Below are positions 17,199 to 29,170 of a stretch of DNA of 64,000 nt, piece after piece. The notes beneath the pieces are model-generated. The model was not told the DNA's origin. It saw only the letters and a program-made list of their open reading frames with translations, and made no database searches. Source of the DNA: a virus (lineage: Duplodnaviria; Caudoviricetes); the IMG/VR virus record IMGVR_UViG_3300021255_000050, positions 1 to 64,000 of that record; one strand, 5' to 3'. The first letter of the stretch is position 1; each line of letters starts with the position of its first letter. Both the position numbers and the translations under genes were made by a program.

Positions 17199-20186
17199 AT
17201 GAAAAAGTCTTATCTGAGTCAGCAAATAAGGCTGATGTCGATCACGACTTATGATCTGATGACCGATGACGAGTATGCTATTTATATGCAGCTCGTCAAC
17301 GACATCAATAAGTCGCACGACGAAAACTTTGCCAGCGAGAAACAAGAGTTGATCGAGCACCGCCGAATGCTTTCGAAGCAACTCACGGAACTGATCGCTA
17401 GGCATGACGGAGTCCCTAGAACTGTACGCATGTCGGGCATCATAAACCCTAAGAAGTATGATGCATCCAACATGCCGGACAGTATCGTATGGCGGGACTT
17501 AAGAAACACAAAGCAAATCTCAGAGTTCCTTTCAGAAGGAGCGCGAGCGCTTGGTCTTGAAGACTTAAGCATCACGTTCGATAAGGTGATTGTGCAGTGG
17601 AAGAACCTCGATATCTTGAAACAGATTACCTTCGATGGTTTCTTTATGCCGATACGAATGCCTGATGGTTCAGTAGACATGAGGCATTACTGTGTTGAAT
17701 CGGCATCGGCTGCACAGCTAAGAAAGGACAAGGTGTATGCGCTCTCCGATCGTGCATTGCAACAGATTGAAAACCTGTGGTGCGGCATGAGCGTAGAGCG
17801 CATTAATGCTCGTGGCGGGATAAACGTGAATAAGCTGCTAGCATATAGGGCGCTACCCTGGTCTGCTACTGATGTCTTGGAAGACTTTAATATTGATGAA
17901 GCTCTCGTTGTCGACGACTTCGAAACAGAAGTCAAAGGCAGGATGCTGTACATCAATAACAAGTATGAACAGATCAAAGGCATGAACTCGGTATCAATCA
18001 AACACACAGATGGCGCGGGCATCTATTTGCCTAGCGCTTTTCATTTTGGCAATGTGATGGTTAGGAGCGCTTGGCTTAAAGGCCTCATCTCGCCGTTTGA
18101 TTACATCGAATTCTGCAGACACAAAGGTGTAAAGCCAGTAATCAAAGATGCATGGGGTAAATTACATGATGTAGAAGCTGAAGGAATCAAGGTATTATTT
18201 ACAAAATCGCAACTCAAACTTTATAGCTACTATGATTCCTGGGACCAGTTTCGTGAACTTTTCAAATCCTGCGGATGCCACATGTGCCTCATGAACTATG
18301 AGGAAGCATACATAAAAGATGTCCCCATGAATTACCAATTTCTTCAGCAGCTTCGTGACATGACGAACGAAGAAATCGATACGCTTACCGAGCCTACTCG
18401 CGACCTGATCACACGGATATCACGCGACGTGCCAACCATGTTGCATGTACTCCGTGTCGATGGTTCCAGCACGGAACCTTACGCACAGGCTCTTGGTATG
18501 TACAACGAACTGCTGAGAGAAGCCTACTCCAAAGAGTCGCTGCGTGGCATTAAGAAGCGCATGATCCTTGACGGAAAGTCGGGGCGCCTTCTGTGCAAAT
18601 GCAAGCGGCTTTATGCTGTGCCTGACTGGTACGCTGTCTGCTCGTACTGGTTCTTAGGGGATAAAGACCCTGACGGTTTGCTCCAAGCGGACGAAGTATG
18701 GTGCCCTCCGTTCATGAAGTACGATGAAGTGGATGTACTGCGCAGTCCCTCCCTGTACTTTGAACATAACATCATGAAGGTGAACCATAACCAAGAGCTG
18801 CGCAAATGGTTTCCATCAAATGCTATTGTTACTAGTTGCAAGTCTTTGATCTCAAAGGTGTTGCAGTTCGATTAACAGCATAGTCGAACTAAAATGTGGT
18901 GAACGCTAATGCGGTGTGCTGCTTCGCAGCGCTAACGGTGGAAAGCTAAGTCGAAAGATACGCCAATACCGTGCCAATCTTCTAGCAGTGAAGACGGTGT
19001 AACGACTATCTCATTTGAGAGTACATACATGGTGAAATTCCAGTATGGAAGCGCCACATATCTGCTGTTGCGGATAAAGATATAGTCTACTCCCCTTACA
19101 AATATCGGGAAACCGAGGGTATCTAGGTGTGATGGTGACCAACTGAATGTTACTGCCGACGCGACAATCATTAGCGTTGCAAAGCGGATGATTGCCCGTC
19201 TTGATATAGTTCCTCTTGCATATGCAGCATTTAAAGCTGACCCGGAACAGGTGAACAGCGCGACGATATACAATGGCTTCAAGCGTGCACATGAGTACTC
19301 AGGCATAGGCGAGATTTCAAATATGCTGACGAGGCTCTGGAATCGCGACAAGCCAGACCTTGAATCGGCTGCGAACCTGACGTTCTATAACAACCAAGTT
19401 ATTGATGCAGCAAAGACCGCAAAGATTATTCGGTTCGAAAACTTTGAATCTGTATATAAGAAGATCAAGAAAGCCGCGGGTACGAGTCGCAGTCGTATGC
19501 CGTGGTTTTATCAGTTCTCAAGGAACCAGCGTGGCGACCGTAACGGTAAGTCGTACCTTAAACCAAATAAGAGTACGCTCAACCGTATCTGTGAGAGGTT
19601 TGATGACATGCCAAAGATGAACATGAACCTCGCAGGGTTGCCGCCATTCAATTGGCAGATGCTTATGCAGCATGACATAGATGATTACAACGTTGTAGCG
19701 GTTCAGACTTTCTGCGATATGGACCAGAACTACAGCGCCAACATCCTGTCAGCGCAGACCGGCGACATGGACGAGAAGGTTGAAATTCTCAACTATAGTG
19801 CCATTGCAAATGACATTGTTCAGGAGCTGGAGAGGAAAGGTATAACGCTGGAAGATGCGTATCCTTCCATCACTAAGTATCTGTTTACTGGCATAAACAT
19901 GGATCGCGTAGCACACAAGCAGATGTACTGGCGCATCTTTGGAGAGATGGCTGTCAAAGTGCTGAAGGAAAACCTTGAGCACTGCCATGTCTGCGAGAAC
20001 TGCGGCATGAAAGTTCCCGATTGGGCCGAGCATAAATGCCCGAAGACCATGAAGGGTTTCTTCCAGTGCATCGAATGCGGTACTGTCGTCGAGCGGAAAG
20101 GGCCGAAGCAATGCAGATGCTCCGACTGCGAAACAAAGTACCGTGAGGTTTACAGAAAAGCATACTACAAGAAGAGAAAAGCATGA
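17199..20186 (+). CDS. YonO-like single-subunit DNA-dependent RNA polymerase (exons 17199-18872 and 19128-20186)
   Basis: TDGAG, LRSP, spliced catalytic motif LQFD^CDGD, IDAAKT, C-terminal Zn ribbons; exons are in frame after intron removal. Confidence 0.8.
18873..19127 (+). ncRNA. Group I intron in the RNAP gene (255 nt, no ORF)
   Basis: P1 exon TTCGAT pairs with GTCGAA (U.G at splice site); ACGACTA and AAGATATAGTC (P7); ends in G; removal restores DxDGD. Confidence 0.9.
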
Positions 20187-20694
20187 GAGCAGCATCAGGA
20201 TATTATTTTCTTGGCATTGTAGCGATGGAAGATATGCTTGAGGGCAACATGATGCCCTCGTATATCGTCTGCCAAAGCAAGAGAAAATCCGAATCTCGCT
20301 CAGGCTTGCGTGTCGTAAAAGCAAACAGCACGATGGTGGGCATGGACAAGTTGTTGGTAGCGAACATCCATGCCCACCCTGAACTTATTGACTTCATGAG
20401 CAACTACAGAACTCGCGACCACATGCATACAAAGAACCTTAGGCAGCGCGCCCGAACGAGGAAGTATACCCCGGAGGGCGGGCTGTTTTGGTTTCCGTGC
20501 ACGGCGAGCGGCTTGATGTGCAGATACAACTACAAGCCAATCTTTATCAAGCTCGTGCCTGATAATGAAGGCAGAGCTACTGACGATGGTTTCACCCGGC
20601 TGAAAGCAGCCCGTGAACATATACCCTCGTGGAAGGAAGTACTTCTGCGAGAACCCTACGGGAAATTTATTGAAACGGAAGGATGGAGAAACGA

Positions 20695-21348
20695 ATGGCA
20701 ACTGAAAAGACAGTCAAGAATCGGTTCGCAATCTTGAATGAAATCAACGTGAATGACCACGTCGAGAAGAAGAACGGCTTGACTTATCTCAGCTGGGCAT
20801 GGGCTTGGCAGGTGTTCAAGACGAACTTCCCCGACTCTTACTACACAGTATATGAGAATGAGCATGGATGGAATTACTTCACAGACGGCAAGACTTGCTG
20901 GGTGAAGACCGGCGTTACGCTGGTTGATGGGGATTACCACCTCGAACTGATTGAGTATCTCCCCATCATGGACTTCAGGAATGCCAGCATCTCTGTTGAT
21001 AAGCTGACAAGCTTTGATGTCAACAAGAGTATCCAGCGCTCCCTGACCAAGGCGATTGCAAGGCATGGTCTTGGCTGCTACATCTATGCCGGCGAGGATA
21101 TCCCGAATGAGAGCGACGAAACCAAGCAGCGCAAGCAGGAAACGGAGAGTCAGATCTCACTGCTGCTGATGCAGATTCAGCCGCTGATGGATAAGATCGC
21201 ATCAGGTATGAGTAAGGAAGAGAAGATTGCGTTTGCCAATACGCATATCGTTCCTTACACGTCAAACATGAACTATAAAGCTTGCAAGGATGTGGAGAAA
21301 CTGCAGAAGTTTTATGACCACCTTGTTGAGTATAACGGAGGTAAGTAA
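20695..21348 (+). CDS. Sak3/DUF1071 single-strand annealing protein
   Basis: KKNGLTYLSWAWAW, LPIMD, NKSIQRSLTKAIARHGLGCYIYAGED. Confidence 0.85.
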   Translation: MATEKTVKNRFAILNEINVNDHVEKKNGLTYLSWAWAWQVFKTNFPDSYYTVYENEHGWNYFTDGKTCWVKTGVTLVDGDYHLELIEYLPIMDFRNASISVDKLTSFDVNKSIQRSLTKAIARHGLGCYIYAGEDIPNESDETKQRKQETESQISLLLMQIQPLMDKIASGMSKEEKIAFANTHIVPYTSNMNYKACKDVEKLQKFYDHLVEYNGGK

Positions 21349-21350
21349 TT

Positions 21351-21788
21351 ATGAATGATGCAAAGATTACAATCATTGGCCACCTGACCAAGGATCCGAC
21401 CATGTATCCGACTGATAACGGCCAGGTGCTGGTCATGAACGTTGCCGTGCAGACCAAGCGTAAAGAGAATGGCGTGCCGGTGACCAACTACTACAACGTG
21501 ACAGCACGCAATGCTTTCGCCGAGATGCTGAACACAAGGCTGCAGAAAGGGACGAAGGTCTTTGTTACCGGCGACTTCTATACCGAAGCCCGCATTAAGG
21601 ACAACACGCCTTACACAAGGCTGAACATTGACCCAACGGATATCCGCGCCCTGAACGATATGAAACCTGTCGATAAGGATGATGCAGCCCGGAAGGACTT
21701 CATCAAGTATCTCAGCGTGAACATTGGTGATCTCGATATCGATGACCTGCGCCAGTATGTCGAAAGCAAGATTGATCCCACTGAGTAA
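21351..21788 (+). CDS. Second SSB-family OB-fold protein
   Basis: IIGHLTKDP...LQKGTKVFVTG. Confidence 0.7.
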   Translation: MNDAKITIIGHLTKDPTMYPTDNGQVLVMNVAVQTKRKENGVPVTNYYNVTARNAFAEMLNTRLQKGTKVFVTGDFYTEARIKDNTPYTRLNIDPTDIRALNDMKPVDKDDAARKDFIKYLSVNIGDLDIDDLRQYVESKIDPTE

Positions 21789-21795
21789 CCACATG

Positions 21796-21832
21796 ATGAG
21801 GGTGGCGTCGCGATTTGCGACGTCATCCTCAT
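21796..21832 (+). terminator. Long hairpin between SSB2 and primase-helicase
   Basis: ATGAGGGTGGCGTCGC-GATTT-GCGACGTCATCCTCAT. Confidence 0.45.
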
Positions 21833-21860
21833 GTTTAATTTAAATAAAGGAGAGAGCAAA

Positions 21861-23720
21861 ATGGATGAAATTACTATGAAAGTATCAGAAATTGCTGACA
21901 AGTATCTCGGCGAATACCGCATTGTGAATGGCCAGATCAATGCAAAGTACTGCCCTTTCTGCAATGGTGGCGCCCACAATGATAAGTACACCTTTTACAT
22001 CGGACTGCACAACGGCGCATACATGTGCCATCGTGGTTCCTGTGGAGCCGAAGGTTCCCTGACGAACCTGTGCCGCCACTTCGGAGAACAGATGCTGAAT
22101 AAACAGTATGAACCCGCAAAAATTTCATCTAAGAAGAAAGCATATGACCTGCCTGACCCCACCAAGATTGGCACGCTGACCGAAGAAGCAAAAGCTTACT
22201 TTGCTACTCGCAAGATCAGCGAGCGCACTCTGGAAGACTGGCGAATTGGCTGCGATAACGATGGCAACATCGTCTTCCCTTTCTATCGCGATAACAAGCT
22301 GGTGTATGTGAAGTATCGCGAACCTCGCAAGTACAGCAAGGAAAGCAAGCGCCCGAAGGAATGGCAGGATTCCAACACAGAACCGATCCTCTTTGGCATG
22401 GACATGGTCGACATTCGTCGTCCGCTCATCATCACTGAAGGTGAGATCGATACGCTCTCTCTGTACGAAGCCGGGGTACACAATGTCGTTTCCGTACCCA
22501 GTGGCGCCAACAACATGGAGTGGGTAAACCTCTGCTGGGATTGGCTCGACCAGTTCTCTCAGATCATCCTCTTCGGTGACAATGATGCGCCTGGCCTCAC
22601 CATGATCAGCACGCTGACCAAACGGCTTGGTGAAGAGCGCTGCATGATCCCCGGCGATTATCCTGTGCTGCTGATTGATGGAGTTGAACAGAACAGAGCA
22701 TGCAAGGATGCGAACGAAATTCTCTATGCATATGGTCCCGAGAAGCTGAAGGAGTTGGCAGAAGGTTGCGAACTTGCTCCCGTCCAAGGCGTAATTGACG
22801 TGGCCTCCGTTGAGTACATTGATCCTACCAGCATTCCGAGAATCTTTACGAGGATTCCTGAACTGGATGACGCGATCGGTGGACTTGGCGAAGGTGGACT
22901 TAGCATAGTATCCGGGAAACGCGGATCGGGTAAATCCACGTTAACTGGACAATTCGTCTTGCAGGCAATTGAGCAGGGTAACAACGCATGCATTTACTCC
23001 GGTGAACTCTCCGCATATAAGGTCTTCGAATGGCTGTGCAGTCAGGCTGTTGAAGCCAAGTACATCACCACTAAGACTGACCAGCGCACCGGCAAGGTCT
23101 ATACCTATGTGCCGAACGAAATCCAGGATCGTGTTCGTGAATGGATGTCCGGCCATTGCTTCCTGTATGACAACAACTGGTGCACTGAAGAGGATCAGAC
23201 TTCTACCATCATCAAGATTTTCACAATATGCGCAAGACGCTATGGCTGCAAACTGTTCCTCGTGGACAATATGCTGTCAGCCATTGACACGCTGGATGAT
23301 GAGATCAAAGCGCAGAAGAGATTCGTTAAGATTCTCAAGGCGTTTGCTACAAAATATAACGTACATGTAATCACGGTTGCCCATCCGAGGAAAGAGAAAG
23401 TAGGGATGAAGTTCACCAATGATAGTATCTCTGGTTCATCTGCCATCTCTGATCTTGCTGACCTCGTTATGAATATCGAGAAGCCTGACATTGAGGTGAC
23501 CAAGAACAGGGAGTTTGGTGAAGAGGCATTCATCAAGTGCCGCTTCAACCCTGTCAATCGCCGCATCTTTCAGGAGAACATCGGTGATCGCACCGTGTAC
23601 AGCTGGGACCATGAAGGTATTAGTGAGCCTGCGATCCAGGCCATGAAACTTCCGCAGTTTCAGATTAAGACCCGCGAGGAAGAGATGCCTGACGGGCCTA
23701 TGTATCAATTGCCATATTAA
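21861..23720 (+). CDS. T7 gp4/Twinkle-like primase-helicase
   Basis: CPFC...C..SC Zn finger, TOPRIM (TEGEID, DND..G, KDANE), Walker A GKRGSGKST, VAHPRK, ISGS. Confidence 0.9.
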   Translation: MDEITMKVSEIADKYLGEYRIVNGQINAKYCPFCNGGAHNDKYTFYIGLHNGAYMCHRGSCGAEGSLTNLCRHFGEQMLNKQYEPAKISSKKKAYDLPDPTKIGTLTEEAKAYFATRKISERTLEDWRIGCDNDGNIVFPFYRDNKLVYVKYREPRKYSKESKRPKEWQDSNTEPILFGMDMVDIRRPLIITEGEIDTLSLYEAGVHNVVSVPSGANNMEWVNLCWDWLDQFSQIILFGDNDAPGLTMISTLTKRLGEERCMIPGDYPVLLIDGVEQNRACKDANEILYAYGPEKLKELAEGCELAPVQGVIDVASVEYIDPTSIPRIFTRIPELDDAIGGLGEGGLSIVSGKRGSGKSTLTGQFVLQAIEQGNNACIYSGELSAYKVFEWLCSQAVEAKYITTKTDQRTGKVYTYVPNEIQDRVREWMSGHCFLYDNNWCTEEDQTSTIIKIFTICARRYGCKLFLVDNMLSAIDTLDDEIKAQKRFVKILKAFATKYNVHVITVAHPRKEKVGMKFTNDSISGSSAISDLADLVMNIEKPDIEVTKNREFGEEAFIKCRFNPVNRRIFQENIGDRTVYSWDHEGISEPAIQAMKLPQFQIKTREEEMPDGPMYQLPY

Positions 23721-23738
23721 TTAAGAGGGTGGTTATAT

Positions 23739-24551
23739 ATGAATCACAAACTGCATCCCGGCGACAAGGACTTTGTCTACAGCTATACGCAGCTGACCAC
23801 GTATGAGGAGTGCCACTACGCCTATTACCTCAAGTACATTGAGGATAATGACGTAGAGCCTGTTGGCAACGGCTTCGCAGACTATGGTTCGCTGTGTCAT
23901 GAGCTGATCGATGAGTGGGCCAAGGGCTTGATTACTGCAGAGGATTTGCCCGATGAGTATAAAGCCCGGTTCCCTCAGGAAGTTTGCCATCCTTTCCCTC
24001 GCATGATGCGCAACATATCTGAAAAGTTGTATGATTCGGGCTTAAATTATTTTGAAAAGTTTGATTCGTTCGACGGCTACGAGATCATTGCTACAGAGAA
24101 GACGTATTACACAGAGATTGCCGGCAAGAAGTTCAAAGGTGTTATCGATATGCTGGTTCGCGATAAGCTGACCGGTTGCCTTATCCTTCTGGACCACAAG
24201 AGTAAGTCTCTTGCTACGTTCAAGAAAGAAGAGGGTACCATCTATAACCAGCTGCTCCTGTACTGCAAGTTTGTATACGAGGAGTACGGAGAGTGGCCCG
24301 CAATGCTTGCCTTTAATCTGTTCAGAGAGGGCGGCGTCATCAAAGAAAAGCCGTTTGATATGGCCGAGTATGAGAGGGTACTGCACTGGGCTGAGAAGAT
24401 CATCAGCAGCATTGAGGAAGGCGACCCCTTCAGCATGATTGAGATGAAGGACGAGCCTAGCTTCTACTGCAACAATCTGTGTGATATGAGGAAAACTTGC
24501 GCGTTCGGAACTGCGAAGATTGCGAGGAAGAAAGATGCTCAAACCGTGTGA
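23739..24551 (+). CDS. PD-(D/E)XK (RecB/Cas4-like) nuclease
   Basis: SYTQL..Y..C, G...H, E...GVID...DHKS, QL..Y, C-terminal C...C.....C. Confidence 0.8.
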   Translation: MNHKLHPGDKDFVYSYTQLTTYEECHYAYYLKYIEDNDVEPVGNGFADYGSLCHELIDEWAKGLITAEDLPDEYKARFPQEVCHPFPRMMRNISEKLYDSGLNYFEKFDSFDGYEIIATEKTYYTEIAGKKFKGVIDMLVRDKLTGCLILLDHKSKSLATFKKEEGTIYNQLLLYCKFVYEEYGEWPAMLAFNLFREGGVIKEKPFDMAEYERVLHWAEKIISSIEEGDPFSMIEMKDEPSFYCNNLCDMRKTCAFGTAKIARKKDAQTV

Positions 24552-24768
24552 AAAGAAGCTGTTTGATGAAGTAAAGAAAGACCTCGGCGGCCCCAATGCT
24601 ATTCGTTCTTATCCCGGTGGCAAAGACCACCTTAAGGACGAATACATTTGGGGCATTATGTCCGAGCATGCTAACGATCGGAGAGTTACTCTGATGGCAG
24701 CTTATGAAGATGGTAAGTACTACGTTGACGAACTCGTATTAGACCTGATGGAGATTGGGATGTAATGC

Positions 24769-27700
24769 ATGGCAAACTACACAGTATACCACTTGCACAC
24801 AGACAAAAGCCTCCTTGACAGCGCAACGAAATTCCACGAGTACCTCGACCGCGCAATAGAATGCGGCATGCAGACGCTGGGCTGCTCAGAACACGGGCTG
24901 AACCGTGAATGGGCAGCGAACCAGCTGCTGTGTGAAAGCAAAGGCGTGAAGTACTTGGATGGTGTCGAGATTTACTTGACCGAAACGCTGGAGGAAAAGA
25001 TAAGCGACAATTACCACACGATACTAATTGCTAAGAATGCTGCCGGAAGACGGGAGCTTCACAATCTCGTAGCGCTATCAACAACTGACGACCACAAGTA
25101 CTACAAGAACAGGATAAGCTTCGACGAATTCCTTGCAATCTCTGACAACGTGATCAAAATCTCAGCCTGTATTGCCGGTCCGCTGTGGAAACTCAGCATG
25201 ACTCATCCGCGATACAAAGAGCTGGCACAGAAGTATGACTACTACGAAATCCAGCACCACAATACGCCTGATCAGATCGAACTGAACAGGCGTTTATTGC
25301 AGTTGCATTACCAGTTTGGCAAGCCCCTTATTGCTGGCACGGATACGCACTCGCTGAACGAGTACAAAGCCAAGTGCCGCAGCGTGCTCATGGAATACAA
25401 GAATCAGCACTATCCAGATGAGGAGAAGTTTGACCTCACTTGGAAGACGTATGACGAGCTGGTGGAAGCATACAAGGAGCAAGGTTCGCTGCCAATGGAC
25501 GTGGTTCTCGAAGCGATTGAGAACACGAATGTAATGGCTGATTCCGTAGAGCAAATTCCAATTGACACAGCAATCAAGTATCCGATCCTGTATGGTTCGC
25601 ATGAAGAAGATACGAGGCGCTTTATCAACCTCGTATACGAACGGTATGACGCCATGGTTGCGGATGGTTCTATTCGGCCGAACCAAACAGAGGCTTTCAA
25701 AAAGGCGATTGAAGAAGAGCTGGCAGTATTTAAGAAGCTGAACATGACCGGATTTATGCTCACCATGGCAGAGCTTCTTGGATTCTGCAGACGTAGTGGC
25801 ATCCCGACTGGTCCCGCAAGAGGTTCAGTTTCCGGCAGCCGAATCGCTTATATTGTAGGTATTGTTGACCTTAATCCAGAGGACTTGAATACGGTTTTCT
25901 CTAGGTTTGCGAATGAAGAACGCGTAGAGATCGGTGATTGACGACACAGTCACCCGGCGCAGAGATGCGCCTGATAAAAGATGGTGAACGTACACATGTA
26001 CGGTGTGCTGCTCTCATTCCTGGCAGTGCTAACGGTGGAAGTCTAAGGCATGAGCTATGACAATACCGTGTTTAAGTTTTGGCCAAGCTTAAATGTAACG
26101 ACTATCCCTTACGGGAGTACACGACTGGTGAAACTCCAGCGTGGAAGTGCCATCCTCTGCTTTGGCAGATGAAGATATAGTCTACTCCGCTATAAAATAT
26201 CGGGAAACCGACGGTACAAAGGATTGACATTGATATCATCGCAGACGTAGACCGTCCCAAGATTTTCGACTACATCCAGCATCGATTCGGCGCTCGCTAT
26301 ACAGCACGCGTCGGATCATACGGTACACTTGCTGACAAAGCGATCATTGATTGCGTTGGTAAGGTACTGGAGCTTCCGTTTGACAAGATCAAAGAGATCA
26401 AGAAGCTGCACGAAAGCGACCCTAATAAAGCTCGCCAGCTTTACCCGGAGATTTTCTACTACTATGACGGCCTCGCAGGTGTAACGATCTCACAGAGCGT
26501 ACACCCGGCCGGTATGGTTATCAGCCCCGTGGACCTGACTGAAGAGTATGGAACCATGTACAAGGACGGCGTGAACTGCTTGCTCCTTAACATGGACAGT
26601 ACTCATGACGTGGGCCTCGCGAAGTTTGACTTCCTCGGGCTGAAGAGTGTAGCTGTAATCAAAGATACGTGCGCCCTCGCTGGTATCCCGTATCCGACAT
26701 ACAACAGCATGGACTGGAATGATCCTGCTGTATGGGATGACATAGACAGAGACCCTACCAGTCTATTTCAGGCCGAGTCAGCATTCGCCGCTCAGGCTAT
26801 GAAGAAGTTTAAACCTCGCAGCGTTCAGGACCTCGCTCTTTTGTCAGCATGTCTCCGGCCAGGTGGCGCATCGTATCGAGACAAAGTGTTTGACCACATT
26901 CCGAACAAGAATCCGACGCCGGAAATGGACGAGCTGTTCAAGGATTCGCTCGGTTACCTCGTGTATCAGGAGCAAATCATCGCAGCTCTCATCCAACTAT
27001 GCGGATTCACCGGCGGCCAGGCTGACAGCGTAAGGCGCGACATCGCAAAGAAGAAAGAAGAGAAGGTTGCAAAAGACGTCGAGCTAATTCGCGAAGGCTA
27101 CTGCGCTCGATCTAAGAAACCGAGAGAGGTTGCGGAGCAGGAGTGCAAGGACATGCTGCAGGTAATCAATGATGCATCGGGCTATTCGTTTAACTACAAC
27201 CATGCTGTGGCTTACAGCTTGATTACATATATATTTGCATGGCTTCGGCACTACTATCCTGTGCAGTACATCACATCCTATCTGAACAATGCTGACAACG
27301 AAGACGATATCAATGTCGGCAATGCTATGGCGAAAACGTATGGCATCAGGCTGACATCCCCGAAGTTTGGGGTGTCAAAGGATGGTTATGGCTGCATCCC
27401 TGACAAGAAGATGATCGCTCAAGGGATCGCTGTGATAAAGGATTTCGGCGAAGGCAAGGGCGACGGGCTGTACAACCTTTACCACAGCAAGAAGTACACG
27501 CACTTCACCGACGTTCTGTACGACATCAAGAACAGCGACTTCAAGCTGAATGCAACGCTTGTTGGCAAGCTGATCGACCTTGATTTCTTCACAGAATACG
27601 GGAACCAGAACGAATTAAAGACGCTTTACAACATCTATAGCAACCTGATAAAGCGCAAGACGATAACACTTGAAGAGATCGAGCAGTCCAAATTCTCCGA

Positions 27701-28136
27701 CGTATATAAAGCTCTCATCCCTGACGTAAACAATGGCAAGAAGCGGTTCGACATCCCGGACCACCACGCTCTGTTTGTCGGCATTGAAGATGCAATCAAA
27801 GCGTGGGGCATGCCGGATGTGCCAGCTGTGTATAAAGCGAAAGCTTTTGCTGAAATCATGGGGTTTAACGGGCTGATTACGGGGAAACAGGAAGACCGCC
27901 CGATTCTTTTCGTTAAGGAGATTATTCCACTTAAAAGCAAAAAGACGGGTGATTTGTGGGCTTATCTTTACAAGACACAATCACTCGGGTCCGGCATCGA
28001 AACCACATTTACGGTTCGCAAATCATTGCACGACAGGGAGTTGGCGAAACCAAAAATGTTTATCAAGTGCAAAGGATGCTATCAGGACAAGAAAGGGTAC
28101 TGGAATCTAACTGACTACGAGGAAGTCGTAGCATAA
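24769..28136 (+). CDS. dnaE: DNA polymerase III alpha subunit (exons 24769-25938 and 26223-28136)
   Basis: PHP HLHT..SLLD, DTH, RGS, spliced GD^IDID, HPAG, KFDFLGL, YQEQ, YSFN..HA..Y. Confidence 0.9.
25939..26222 (+). ncRNA. Group I intron in dnaE (284 nt, no ORF)
   Basis: P1 GGTGAT/GTCACC; ACGACTA...AAGATATAGTC; ends in G; removal restores the DIDID catalytic motif in frame. Confidence 0.9.
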
Positions 28137-28149
28137 GCAGGTGATTTAT

Positions 28150-28557
28150 ATGGGATACTACCTCCCACTTAAGTTTTTTAACGTCGGCAATAATGCCGCG
28201 ATATGTGCGACGAGAGTCGTCGCTATCATGTCTACCAAGGTCCACCAAGCTCGCGAGATGCTGAAGGCAGAGAAGAGAGCGAAGACTCTCATCAACGCAG
28301 CCGGGCGTGACAGGGTCCAGTCCATCGTGCTTCTGGACAACGGGGCTGTTATAGCCTCGCCCAGAAGCGTGCAGGTGCTGCTGAATGCCATAGCAAAAGC
28401 GAACTCCAAGCGCGTGGACGTCGGCATCAAAGGGTCGCAGACCATCACAGTATATGATCAGCAGGAACCGGACCCGCTGTATGACGAGGACGAACCGGAA
28501 GTGCTCATCGATGCTGAAGATTTCGAAGACGAAGGTGATGCTGATGAAGGAGATTGA
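28150..28557 (+). CDS. RemA/DUF370-family regulator homologue with acidic tail
   Basis: FNVGNN..I...RVVAIM...LINAAGRD...SIVLLDNG.VI.S matches the RemA pattern. Confidence 0.7.
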   Translation: MGYYLPLKFFNVGNNAAICATRVVAIMSTKVHQAREMLKAEKRAKTLINAAGRDRVQSIVLLDNGAVIASPRSVQVLLNAIAKANSKRVDVGIKGSQTITVYDQQEPDPLYDEDEPEVLIDAEDFEDEGDADEGD

Positions 28558-29170
28558 GCAGTCAGCAAAAATACTAAATCTAGATTTAGTAAAGTCTGTC
28601 GAGATCATGAAGTCGATTGAGTATGCAGGGCGCAATTGCTACGCCTCTCATGACAAGATAACAGACGATTCATATGATCCGTTTATCCGGTCGCTCATCA
28701 AGCGTGGCCACGAAGCTCCGGTTGAGATGGGGTTCATGCAGGCGCAGCTCGTTACATCACGCGCAGTTCTTGCTGAAATCACACGTCACAGGCTCGCAAG
28801 CTTCTGTGTTGAAAGCCAGCGGTACATCAACGAAGTGAAGACCGGCGACATCGAATTTATCAAACCTTGGTGGTCTGACGAAAACCCTGGAGGATACATG
28901 CACTGGCAGCTGACCATGCAGATCATCGAAAACATGTACATCAACATGAAAGAAGATGGGCTAACGAACGAGAAAGCAAGGAGCATTCTCCCTAACTCAA
29001 CAGCATGCAAGATCGTTATGAGCGCAAACCTGAGAGAGTGGCGCCACATATTCGAACTCCGCTGCGCAAAGCCAGCTTACCCGGAGATTCGCATCCTCAT
29101 GAACCAGCTGCTCACACAGGCGAAGAAGCTTTTTCCACCAGTGTTTGAGGACATGACAATGGAGGAATAA
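28544..29170 (+). CDS. thyX: FAD-dependent thymidylate synthase
   Basis: AGR.CY, GHEAPVE, RHRLASFCVESQRY, ARSILPN, NLREWRH..ELR. Confidence 0.92.
   Translation: MKEIEQSAKILNLDLVKSVEIMKSIEYAGRNCYASHDKITDDSYDPFIRSLIKRGHEAPVEMGFMQAQLVTSRAVLAEITRHRLASFCVESQRYINEVKTGDIEFIKPWWSDENPGGYMHWQLTMQIIENMYINMKEDGLTNEKARSILPNSTACKIVMSANLREWRHIFELRCAKPAYPEIRILMNQLLTQAKKLFPPVFEDMTMEE

Noticed and set aside
23739-24551. Cas4 of a CRISPR system
   Set aside because: It sits in the replication module between helicase and dnaE with no other cas genes; treated as a phage PD-(D/E)XK nuclease.
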